Origin: Selaginella moellendorffii
Taxonomy: Eukaryota > Plantae > Lycopodiophyta
Direction of reading: 5' to 3'
Assembly (NCBI RefSeq): GCF_000143415.4
Contig: NW_003314267.1
Location: forward strand, 3,489,858-3,553,857
DNA: 64,000 nt
Shown: piece by piece, positions 12,425-23,158 of the stretch
Position numbering within the stretch: position 1 is the stretch's first letter
Layout: each line of letters opens with the position of its first letter
Position numbers and translations under genes: made by a program
Notes under the pieces: model-generated
The model's database searches: none
What the model was told of the DNA's origin: nothing
What the model saw: the letters and a program-made list of their open reading frames with translations, nothing else

Positions 12425-13079
12425 GCTTATAATGGCGTGTGCCCTCATGCCATTTACTTGATCACCAAATACCTTTTTCCCTTTGCACTAGTATATCTTA
12501 ATACCGGTCTGAGAAATAGAATGGCATGTGCCCTCAGGCCTTTTACTAAATCACCTTTGAAAGAAATGCAAGCCTCTATGTCGTAAAAAAAAGGTACTAG
12601 AAAAATTCCTTAATAATATGAATGTTATTTAGTTTCATGAAAATACACTAAGGGTCAAATGAGTTAAATGACTTCTCCAGACTAGCAATGCCTCTTGCTA
12701 CACCTTCACAATTAGATTCGTTAGAAAAAGATAACATTGAATAATATCTAAATGTTCTCACCATTAAGTTATATGTCTGGCTAATAGGAATGACGTTCAT
12801 CTTGGAAAGCTCACCACACGCTCAATGAACAAACAAATAGTGTGTGCGCGCATGCCATCGCTCTTCTTTAGCTTCAGATTCGGCTTGTTCACCTTGACAA
12901 TGAGATTTATTATACAACCAGATGGACTCAGTCTGGACACAAAGTCACCACGCTAGTCACCATGCCCCAGATATGTCTAGCCCCTGGATAAAAAACATAT
13001 AATTTCACGTCATTTTCAAATACTTGAAAATTTGTACCTAGTCCCATTTTACTGAATAAATCCCACTTTAACGAAATAG

Positions 13080-14615
13080 AGCTTACAAGAAGTGTTGCTG
13101 AGGAATCTAGAGGCACGGGAAGCTCACCAAAGAGGTGGGCTGCCAACGGAAGAGAAAACGGGCTATGCGGAACGCAACGAACTCATCTATTACAAGCAAA
13201 CGAGGGTGTATGTTCCAGAAGGGGAACTAAGGAAGGTAGCCTTAGAAGAGTGTCATGACGGACCTCTTGCGGGACACAGCGGAGTGCCCAAGACAATGGT
13301 CTTACTCAAGAGGAAGTACTATTGGCCAGATATGGCTAAGGATATCCAAGACTATGTAAAGACATGTCCAACATGTCAGCAGGTCAAAGCCGTGACTAAG
13401 GCTAGTGGGGGCTTGTTGCAGAGCATCCCAATTCCAGATCATCTGTGGAAATGTCTTACGATGGACTTCATCACGGGACTCCCCCCAAGTGAGGGGTTTG
13501 ATGCGATATTCGTGGTGGTGGACTGATTTTCAAAGATGGCACATTTCATACCCACCACAACGGATGTGGATGCGAAAGGTGTGGCGAAGCTGTTCTTCGA
13601 ACAAGTGGTTCGAGTGTGGGGAAGACCAGAAGAGATTATCTCAGATCAAGATAAGCTCTTCACTATTAGGTTCTGGAGAACTCTCTTGGAACAGTATCGC
13701 ACCAAGTTGAAATTCAGCACAGCCTATCACCCACAGGCAGGTATGGGGTATTAAGTCAAGTTTGAGGGCACTAACACTTCTTGACAGAAGGACAAACGGA
13801 AAGGGTGAATAGGCAGCTGGAGGATTATTTGCGATGCTATGTCTCGGGAGACCAAACTGATTGGGTAAGTCATTTGGGACTTGCGGAAATGTGTTATAAC
13901 AACTCACCACATTCGAGTATCGGGGTGAGTCCATGGGAAGTCATCAATGGGCGAGCTATTGAAGGTCCTGTGGAACTCGGCGTGGCCGAGTATCATGGAG
14001 AGCTACCTGCAATGGAGGCATTCACGGTGGAAAGACTCAACATTTGGAATCTAGTGAGGGATTCCTTGGAACGGGCTCAACAAAGGCAAACCAAGTACGC
14101 GAACCAAAAGTGCCAGGATGTAGAGTTCCAAGCTGGGGAAAGGTGTGGCTGAACACCAAGAACCTCAAGCTACCAAGTGGGATTAGCCGAAAGTTGACCC
14201 AAAGGTAAAAATGCATGTATTCTTGTAAATGAAATGATCTTAAGTTCCTTAAGCAGGTTCGCGGGGCCTTACGAGATTGAGGCACGAATCGGTAAAGTGG
14301 CTTACCATCTCCGACTTCCTCGAGAGATGGGGAAGATGCACCCAGTGTTCCATGTGAACTTACTCAAGCCGTACTTTGAGGATCCGCTTCGCAAGGACCA
14401 AGTAAGACCTTTACCTGAGGTTATCCAAGGGGAAGAGGAATACGAAGTCGAGGCCATCCTCAATGCGCGCAGGAGCAAGTGACAAGGACGCGAGGTGAGA
14501 GAGTTCCATGTGAAGTGGAAAGGATTTCCACACTGTGAAGCAACATGGGAACCGGAGGAGAACCTAGTGAACGCGCGAGATCTAGTGGAGGAATTTCTGC
14601 AAGGCAAAACTCGAT
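13080..14615 (+). pseudogene. Integrase-chromodomain coding region with GT-AG introns at 13741-13787 and 14205-14256
   Basis: Removing the two introns restores HPQAEGQTERVN and KLTQRFAGPY. Stops at 13524 and 14480 and a frameshift near 14140. Confidence 0.85.
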
Positions 14616-15033
14616 GTACTTATGCAAAGTTCAATTAAAGTATCAATTTGCAAAGTTGAGCAGTGGCATATGTTGGGACCCTCGCCGAAGGTAAGCTAAT
14701 TAGCATGGGTTAGCTAGGTCGACCAGGCATAGGGCACTACGCCCGACTCCCCGTAGGGATGTCAAATCCGTAGACGTATTCTACGGAGGTTGGGTTTGAG
14801 TCCCAACCCCCTAGTAAAGCAAGGCTGGGTTCAAGTCAAGACCCCATACTAGGGTGTGGTGAGGTGAGGGGTATAGGGACATTTATATTCCGTTGTCATG
14901 GGCTCTTGGCCGGGGAGGCTAACTTAGGCACACCACTAAGTGGGAGGATGCTCCCGGAGACATGGTCAACAAGTTGTAGGATAAAAAGAGACGTTCGATG
15001 TGGGCATCGAACTTCTTCTATGGGTGGTGGAGT

Positions 15034-16146
15034 TGTAAGGAACCGACTCCCCGAGATGTCGTAGGCTAAAGGATCTCCGAAAGCATGACCGAAATGACAA
15101 AGAGTTCATCGGATGGGACCGAGTCGAAGATTGAGTCCAAGACCGACTCTGAGACCGAGTTCGAGATAGAGTCCGGGATCGAGCCCGAAGCCGAATCGGA
15201 GACTGAGTTCGAGACAGAGTCCGAGATCCAAATCAGGTCTGAGACCGAGTCCGAGGTCGAATCCGAAGTCGAGTCCGAGATCGGGTCCAAGATCGAGTCC
15301 AAGATCGAGTCCGAGACCGAGTCCGAAGTCGGGTCTGAGATCGAGTCCGAGATCGAATCTGAGACTAAGTCCAAATACTAATACGGGTCAAGGGGTGAAA
15401 GCCCAAAGCATGCGTCTCCCGGGGGGGGGGGGGCTGTAGGGGGTTCCAAAAGTATAGTAAGGATAGTGAGGTCCAGGAACCAGTCTTGAAGGAACTCTTT
15501 AGTGGTGCTTCCAAACTGACTTGACGTTGAGACTGGGGCCGAGGGGCCTTGGGTGGTGCCGGAGGGGCCACCTAGGGAAGTGCTCAAGAGCAGCTCCCAC
15601 TCCCGAAAGGGAAACCGACTACAGTGCTCCCGGCTCATATGGAGTGGTGCCCCACTTGAGTACCTTGTGGCTCATTGGTCCTCGCCCTTCCTAGGGGCTT
15701 GGGCCTTCCCTTCAGGATGGAAGTGGGGGGGTAGAGGTACCCATACTGGGCCGTTAAGCCACAGTGTTTCGCCCCGATGTCCCGAAGCAAGTGTTACACC
15801 CAAGGCTTGGGATTTAGAGGGTCCCATAATCAAGTCTTGTTGTACCAAGGGGTGTTAGGAACCTGAAGGCTTGGTGTGCTTGGCTGCTTGTGCATGCGGG
15901 GAGTGTAGCCAAACTTTAAGTCTAGTCTAACCCAGGGAGGGGGATTGGGAGAGACTTGGGAATCCGTAGATGGATGGCTAACACTCCGTTGCTCGTGTAG
16001 TGAGTAGCTGAAACCAAGTAGGACCAAGTAGGAGCTGGTACAATGGGCGAGAACCTTGGCGAGGGAATTTAGCACAAGCTAAGGTAGTGTTGGTCGGATA
16101 GACGAGGTAAGCTTGCAAATTGGAAAGGAAAAATTTGTGGCTTACA
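15034..16146 (+). repeat. LTR (1113 bp) with internal GAGTCC/GAGACC/GAGATC hexamer array (~15117-15372)
   Basis: TG...CA ends with 6-bp inverted termini, directly after the PPT; near-identical copy starts at 63553. Confidence 0.9.
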
Positions 16147-19100
16147 CCAGGTTCTTCCGCTTCAATAATGAAGTAACGGCAGAATGGTCACCTTCAAGTA
16201 ACGTCTGAGAACCATGTAGATATGCATGAATTTTCTCAAAACCCCAAACTGCAGCAAAACACTCCTTCTCTGTCGTGGAAGAGTTCACCTCTACTAGTTG
16301 TAACGTACGGCTTATATATGCAATAGGATGATGCTGACCAGGCACACTTGGGCTTTCTTGCATCAACACACCTCCAAGACCAATATCAGAAGCATCTACA
16401 TGCAAAATAAAAGGTCGAGTGTAGTTAGGATATGCCAAAACCGGAGGAATCGTCAACAGCTCTTTGAGATCCACAAACACCCGCTCACAATCTAAAGACC
16501 AGATGAAAGATGACGTTGATGACTTCAGCAACGCTCGCAATGGTGCAGTGCGATCAGAAAGATGATCCACAAAACGACCGAGATACTGCATCTTGCCCAG
16601 GAAGTACTGCATATCATTCACACACTTCAGAGTAGGGAACTTTAGAATGGCTACAAGTTTGTTAGGATCAACTTGCTAACCCTCACGAGAAATACAGTAC
16701 CCAGGATAAGTTGTGTCCTTGGACCCAAACACGCACTTCGACCGCTTCAGCTTTAAACCAATGTCCCATAGTTGATCTAACACTTTACACACATCACGAA
16801 TGTGCTCCTCCCACATCCCCTCCAAGTGAATCAAGACATCATTGATGAAGTCAGCAGTCACCTCTGGCATATCACAAAGAACCTCGTCCATCATCCGCTA
16901 GAAAGTTGTTGGAGCATTGTTCAAACCAAATGGCATCATCAAGAACTCGTACAAACCAAATGGTGTACGAAAAGCAGTCTTAGGAATATCTTCTTCGGCC
17001 ATTAGTACTTGCCAGTGTACCCAGAAGCAAGATCTAGCTTGGTGAACCAACGACTTCGCCCCAGACGATCCAAGAGATCAGCAGTGTGAGGAAGAGGGTA
17101 CACATCCGGGATCGTCACTTCATTTAACGGACAATAGTCGATGCAAAAACAAATACTCCCATCAGGCTTCGTCACAAGATGAGGTTCACATGCCCAAGGA
17201 CTTTGCAACTTCCGACACCCTTCTCCAACATCTCTTTGACATTTGCATGTAAAATCTTGATCTCCTTGGGTGACCAACGATGAATATGAACCTTGATTAG
17301 ACGAGCATCCCCGGTTGGAATTGGATGACATGTGGCAATCTTGGCCCCAGACAAGAGGTCAAATTCAAAGAGATCAGCATACTCCTTCATGAGCCGGTCA
17401 ACAGCTGCAACACAAAGATCATCGGAGGGATCAGAAAAGGGAAGAGCAGAACAAATGAAAACACAGGAGGAAATAGTGGGGGAACAAAAGTAATGGAAGC
17501 AGAGGTAGAAGTAGAGGGACGAAGAGGTATGGAAGTGAGAGGAATGGATGAAACATAAGGAAGTATGAAACAAGGGGGAGAAGCCTCAAAGTCACACTTG
17601 GCATGATTTCGCTGCAATCAATCTATACCAAGAATGAGGTCAAAAGCTTGACTCGGCACCACCCGCAACGACTGCAACTCAAGCTCGAGATTGCCCACAC
17701 GCACAACCAGGTCCGCTTCATCTCGTGCACACGCATGTGTACGGCCGTTGCCATAAAGAATGAAAACTAAATCTACCGCATGACGCAAGTGTAGACGACA
17801 ACATGTGGCAACAGGTCGAGCAATAGAAGATAAACTCGAACCTGTATCAACCAAATAGAGAGAATAATAGGAGACCTCTTGTTATAAAAAGCAGCTTGGA
17901 AAATAAACACTGGATGAACCGGTGCCGAGTGAACCCCTTGATGATACTTCCGAAAGAAAAATAGAGGGGTCACTAATTTATTCGCGCAAGGTCCCTCCGT
18001 TACTCATGTACCTCCTTGTTTCCTGGATGCACCTCGGTGTCCAAACCTTCCACCGCAGTAGCACCAACAGGACGTTGCTGACGCCAAGGTCTCCACCCAG
18101 GAAATGGAGGTCGCCAATCCGGAAAGCGCCGACAACGCTGATAAGTATGACCAACTTCATCACACGCCCAATAACGAACATCACGGCCACGACCACGTCC
18201 TCGCCCTTGTCCTTGGACTCGAGTAACAGCAGCATCAACCTCCATTGGAACAGGACCATCACCCATAGAAAGTGGAGCTAAAGGACGTGCAATGAGAATT
18301 AGAAGAGGCGATATCTTGATGCAATTTGGCATTCGTTTCCAAAGTCTTTTACTTCGTGTGGAGCCAAATATGTCGAAGTGGATCAAGCTAGGAATGTTGT
18401 GGTTAGCACTTTGTCAAGATCTTGTCGGACTTATGCATGCACTTGTTCCCGCCACCCTTGACGATGGTTTTCGCTTGGCACAACGTTATGCCAACTTAGA
18501 TGGCCCTTGGCGAAGACGATGCAATTGTTGGAAGGCATCATCACAATCATTGGCATGTCCGAAGGTGCGTTTGAAGATGTCCGGTAGAACACTCCAATCC
18601 CCACGAGTGGCTACACTCAATCCAATGTACCACTGCAACGCCGTCCCTTGGAGACACGTGGGGAACTCACGCAAACATTGAGCATCATCCCAAGAATGAT
18701 ATGTGGCAATCACCGTGAAATGATCGAACTAATGGTACATATCATCCCCAGGATTCCCACGAAAGAACTCCGGCCAAACGCGAGGATTGGCACCAAGAGC
18801 AGGAGGAGTTGGACCACGTGCCATGAATGCCGCCATCAATTGAGTTTGGTTGTTCAAATGCAAATGCATAGCATCAAGCAATTGAATCAACTGCTGCTCT
18901 AGAGTTAAAGGAGGAGATTGCTGATCTGCTATGAAGATATACGAAAAAGAAAGAGCAAAAGAAGAGAAATGACAAAAAGCTGGAAGGAAATGGTGGATTT
19001 AGACAATGCAAAAAGCTAGATCTAAATCAAAATTCTGAAAGGAAAGAACAAAAGAAAGGAAATGGAAAAAGCTAGATCTAGACGATGCAAAAGTTAGATC

Positions 19101-19340
19101 TAAACCAAAATCCCAAATCCAAGCACTCCCCAGGGACAATCAAAGGTGCCCCTCACTTCCACCAATATGAGTGCATGGAATATGGAAAGGGAATACAAAA
19201 ATGTGCATATCAATTAGCCCAAAAACCCTAGCTTATATACAGGAGCAAGTGGTCTGGATTGAAACCAATCTGATGGCTACCAAAATCCCACTACGCTAAT
19301 ATTAGTATACGGCATCGTAGTCGTACACTTGGCCCTCACA
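16147..19340 (-). mobile_element. Ty3/gypsy element, short-LTR family, 5' half (LTR, PBS, gag, protease, RT, RNase H), degenerate; interrupted by the chromovirus
   Basis: LTR 19166-19340; PBS TGGTGGAAGTGAGGGG (tRNA-Ala-like). Gag GDGPVPMEVD and WACDEVGHTYQRC; protease LVDTGSS; [25 protein letters not shown]; RNase H FILHVDASDIGLGGVL. Confidence 0.92.
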
Positions 19341-19599
19341 CTTGCAATTAAATTCAGTTAAATAGTTCATCTTATATCTTCTAACTATAGTGATCTTAGT
19401 GGTTCCTATACTACACTTTTAGTTTATTAAATGATAACTTAATTGGAAGACTCTTTTGTTCTAATATAAGAGTTATTCACTATTAATTTGATATTTCTAA
19501 AATATCTTTGTTTATGAATTTAATATTGTCCATTTTATTGTTCTTGAAGTTTGGGCTAGTATATGCAAACTAGCTTCAACACTTTGTATATATATATGA

Positions 19600-20265
19600 A
19601 ATATTTAGTCATAGGATAATTAGAATTGACTAATCACATAACCCACTTGTTCCTATTTCCATTAAAAGGGCATAACTCATATTGGCCTGTTTATAGTAAT
19701 CTATCTAAACTTACTGATGGGTTTAGTTTATATATTCAAGAAGGTTGGGCATTTTATCACTTACAAATAAAAATATATCAGCTTTTATAAGTTAGGTGAT
19801 ACCTAGAATAGCAAGGGTGGCTAACTCTATTGGTCATTTCCTTGTTGATGATGGTTAAAAGGTGTTTGAGTGCTAGCATATTTTATGTAAATAGAGATAG
19901 TTTTTTAACTCAATTAAGTTGGTACAAGTCTCAATGTCTTCATTGACCATTGACTAATAATCCATATTGAGATAAGAAGAATCAACACCTTCATTTCCAC
20001 TTTTAATTTTATAGGTAAGAATATATCTTTTTCAAAGGTAAATAATATTTTTAAGGAGCCACTAATCAATAAGAATTGAATTGATGCCATTTACTTTGAT
20101 ACCATATGTAATGTATTCTATCACTTTCCCTTTAATCAACTGAAAAACGAGCAATACTTTATAAAAGAGTCTTTAGTGGTTATTTTATCCCTATATATCA
20201 TCTAATGTTCTAAGGATTCATGATGACGGTATATTGAAATCTCATCCCAAAGAAATAATAGTACA
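19600..20265. mobile_element. Degenerate retroelement remnants (Tat 3' region fragment and a TRIM-like fragment)
   Basis: 19794-19843 is the reverse complement of ~29511-29560. ~19930-20150 is a reverse-complement match to 43430-43745, including the LTR end/PBS (TGATACCATATGTA). Confidence 0.55.
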
Positions 20266-20677
20266 GAGTGATATTAAAATAGTCTTAGAGCATCCATAAT
20301 ACTTGGTTTAACAACAATATTTGAATCTCCTCATCTTTCAACTTTATGTTTGCTATATTTTTTCACTTTTTCTTCATTGTCCTAGTGGTTGCAATTCCCA
20401 GATTGCTCACCCTTCTGCAAGGCACCTAGATGTGGGAATTTAATCATTGTATCAGGTGAGTCTTCCCTACAATCTTAATATAGGAGATGTAGTAGGAATT
20501 GATACGTTGATAATGAAGTGGAAGAAAGTTAATTGCATCCTACTCCAGCCTGTGGATGGGCTTGATTGATTTTATTTATTTAGTATTTGGATATATTAAC
20601 TATATTACTAAATCAGGCTAGAATATACTTGGATTTTTTTGTGGGTTTTCAAAAAAATGAATTAATAGTTTTAGGTA

Positions 20678-21556
20678 CTACTTTAAACATTTTTTATGAT
20701 TATTAGTTTTTGTATCCCATATTACATTATGAGGTGTAACTGAATTATATATTACAAAGTTACAGTCGTTCTGCATAATAGAATATGTGAAAATAAAACA
20801 ATTTACACAATAATATCCTATTGACCATAAAACTTCTTTTTTTTCAGAATATAATACAGAATTTCCATCAATTTGAGTTTTCCAATAACATAACTCAAAG
20901 TAATCTTCAGAATTATTAGATTTCCATAAGAGATTTGTACCAGAATAAAGGGAAGCCTTACAATTTGATTCAATAAAAAATATATTTTTACCATTTGAAG
21001 AAATTAACATTTGTCCCTTAAAAAGTATATCATTATCAAAACCAGCATTTAAAGTATTTTTTGCAATATAACATTTATTTGGCAGTGACATCTTATAAAT
21101 ATATGTGTTAAAATTATTCATAGATATCGTATGATTGTTACTGAACCATAAAAGAAAATTATATTCAAGTATATATTTCTTACCCACAATTTTACAAGAC
21201 TTTGAGCCTGTTTCAATCATAAGTCTTTTATTTAGATTTAAGTGGTCTCCAAAACCTTTTTTGAGTACCAAACCAACAACAGTATGACTTTCTTGTAAAC
21301 ATGTTGATGGTATTAAATCAATTCTTTGAATTTTCACTGCAACAGCTCCTCTGTCAAAATCTACATAGGTAAGATCATTATAATTTGGGGGATAATCAGT
21401 ATATGTATGAATTCTTTTGATAAGTTTCTGAAAACCATTTTTTATAATAAGATTCATCTCACTTTCGTAAAATGTATTATTTTCTCCCCATTCAATATAT
21501 CCTATACAATAAATATTACTAACAAAAAATATTAGGAAATTACAAATAAAAATCAT
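20678..21556 (-). CDS. Secreted protein: unknown N-terminal domain plus C-terminal bulb-type (GNA) mannose-binding lectin domain
   Basis: Intact 292-aa ORF in very AT-rich DNA; hydrophobic N-terminus; QxDxNxVxY motifs QIDGNSVLY and QNDCNFVIY; L..GQML.S.NG and terminal IWDT. Paralog at 48560-49429. Confidence 0.85.
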   Translation of the reverse strand: MIFICNFLIFFVSNIYCIGYIEWGENNTFYESEMNLIIKNGFQKLIKRIHTYTDYPPNYNDLTYVDFDRGAVAVKIQRIDLIPSTCLQESHTVVGLVLKKGFGDHLNLNKRLMIETGSKSCKIVGKKYILEYNFLLWFSNNHTISMNNFNTYIYKMSLPNKCYIAKNTLNAGFDNDILFKGQMLISSNGKNIFFIESNCKASLYSGTNLLWKSNNSEDYFELCYWKTQIDGNSVLYSEKKEVLWSIGYYCVNCFIFTYSIMQNDCNFVIYNSVTPHNVIWDTKTNNHKKCLK

Positions 21557-21649
21557 TAATACACTAAAATAAAATTTTAAACTATTTATAGTATCATTTC
21601 TTCTTTATTATGCATACATGTGTCTTTATAGAATATATAGTTAAATAAA

Positions 21650-23158
21650 ATTGTTGTGCGTTGCGTGGCAGCAACGCTTGGTTTGCTTTTGTTTTTAAAT
21701 ATTTTTTATTATGATATATAATTTGTTATGATTTGTCCAATATGCAATTCCTGATATTTTATATATTATATCTTTCCATATATGATCTGTTAATTTTGTA
21801 TTACGTGTATTGTGTTTTATTATTTGTATTTATCCTTCTTTCTCCATTATTGTTTGAAGTGGTTTTGCTTCTTCTTTTTGGTAGTCAATATTAAAATATT
21901 TTGTAATTATTACTGGTTTTTATTATCTATTTTCTGTATATATTTTTGTAGTCTTTTAATGAATATTTTTATATTTGTTCCAGGTTTTCTGTGTAAATTT
22001 ATTATCTATAATTTTTTTAATTTTTTCTAGTGATACATATGACATTGCCATTGTTTCTGTTTTTCAATGTTCTACTATTTCTGATTTGTAGTCATTTGTA
22101 TCCAATATTGCTACATGTGGGGGTTGTTCATGTATATATGATTTATATTTAATAAAATATACATCCTCATGTTTTTGTGCTCTTACTTCTTGCATACATA
22201 TTATATCTGATGTTAATAATTGTGAATCACTCTTTATATCTTCTTGATGTGCACTAATAGATCTTGTATTTAGAACTTGTATAATTGCTTGGTTAGCCAT
22301 TTTTTCTTCTTGTAAATCTATTAAATCAATTTGCCATGATGCTTCTGTTGTCATTCTTATTATTTCTTTAGCTGCATCTTTATTGATTTTAATATGTTTA
22401 TGTTCAATTGGTCTATATAAATGTATACCTTTTAGTGTTTGTGCTCTTGATAATTCTTGTTCTAGATATTTTGTCATATCCTAATTGCATAACTATTGAT
22501 CCTTGTGCTCTATGTATTGTTCTTCCTGCAATGGTTGTAATGGAAATTAGGTTCTACTTATAACATAATTTTTATTTTTAGTAATATTTATTATTCTTGT
22601 TATTTTTTTCATTGGTGTCCAGTTTTTTTCATTATTTTTCTTTATTGTTATGTTTTCTTTAGCTCTTGTATTTTCACCTGTTTTTATATTTGGGAATTCT
22701 ATCCACATTATTTGTTCTTCTTCAATCTGGGTTACATCTTGTAATACTCCATCTGCTCCATTTATTAATACATCTTCTATTGCTATATTTTGTGTTATTT
22801 CAATTGCTATTTTCTTTTAAAATGTAATATTTTATATAGTCCTTGTGTTTTTCTTGTGTGATCTGGCAACGTGAAATGTGTAGGACAGGAATTTCCATAT
22901 TTGTCTTGTGCTTCTATAATTATATCTTTACCTTGTATGTGTTGTATTATTTTTTTTATTATGTTCTCTTACTTGTTCATTAGTTGCAAATATAGAATAA
23001 TATTCAGTGTTATATGTATCTGTAGTGACTTGTTTATTCTAGCACTTTATCTATTTGTTCTCCTATTTTAAATCTTTTATAAAGAGTATATAATCTTTTT
23101 GCCTCATTATTTCAGTAAGTTCATAGATTTTAAAATTATTTTTCCATGGGTTGTGTCT
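21650..23158 (-). mobile_element. Helentron-type Helitron fragment: PIF1 helicase C-terminus, apurinic endonuclease start and 3' hairpin
   Basis: PWKNNFKIYELTEIMRQKD, ITQNIAIEDVLINGADG, FPLQP..AGRTIHRAQG, LSRAQTLKG, then LNTRSISAH.EDIKSD..L..SDIICMQE (EEP/APE). Hairpin GCGTTGC-GTGGCA-GCAACGC at 21658-21677 followed by a T run on the - strand. Confidence 0.8.

Larger units (their letters stand above)
537..12858. repeat. Dispersed 22-bp palindrome, consensus ATGGCRTGWGGCCWCAYGCCAT, ~25 copies
   Basis: Copies starting at 537, 612, 1843, 2034, 2175, 3722, 4999, 5059, 5136, ~6505, 6582, 7436, 7507, 8122, 8220, 8290, 10127, 10184, 11526, 11672, 11832, 12025, 12432, 12521, 12837. None seen beyond 13 kb. 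Confidence 0.92.
1..13079. mobile_element. Large decayed DNA transposon (Sola1/DUF7869-like transposase plus divergent cargo gene); left end outside the window, right end approximate
   Basis: Transposase pseudogene at 8385-11525, divergent cargo gene, and a 22-bp palindrome confined to 537-12858. Abrupt switch at ~13080 into the middle of a Ty3/gypsy pol frame (SLQEVLLRNLE...YVPEG), as expected if it inserted into that element. Confidence 0.7.
13080..16146 (+). mobile_element. 3' part of a Ty3/gypsy chromovirus: integrase, chromodomain, 3' non-coding region, PPT and 3' LTR
   Basis: HHCC zinc finger (CHDGPLAGHSG...CPTC), MDFITGLP, SDQD, HPQAEGQTERVN, GPY, chromodomain EYEVEAIL...VKWKGF...TWEPEENL. 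PPT ATGGGTGGTGGAG at 15020-15032; LTR 15034-16146 with TGTAAG...CTTACA ends. Confidence 0.93.

Noticed and set aside
537-12858. Palindromic repeats as a CRISPR array
   Set aside because: Spacing is irregular (tens of bp to >1.5 kb), there are no uniform spacers or cas genes, and the context is eukaryotic.
15066-15381. Glu/Ser- and Ser/Asp-rich ORFs (also near 57754-58235 and 63062-63852)
   Set aside because: Translations of LTR hexamer arrays.
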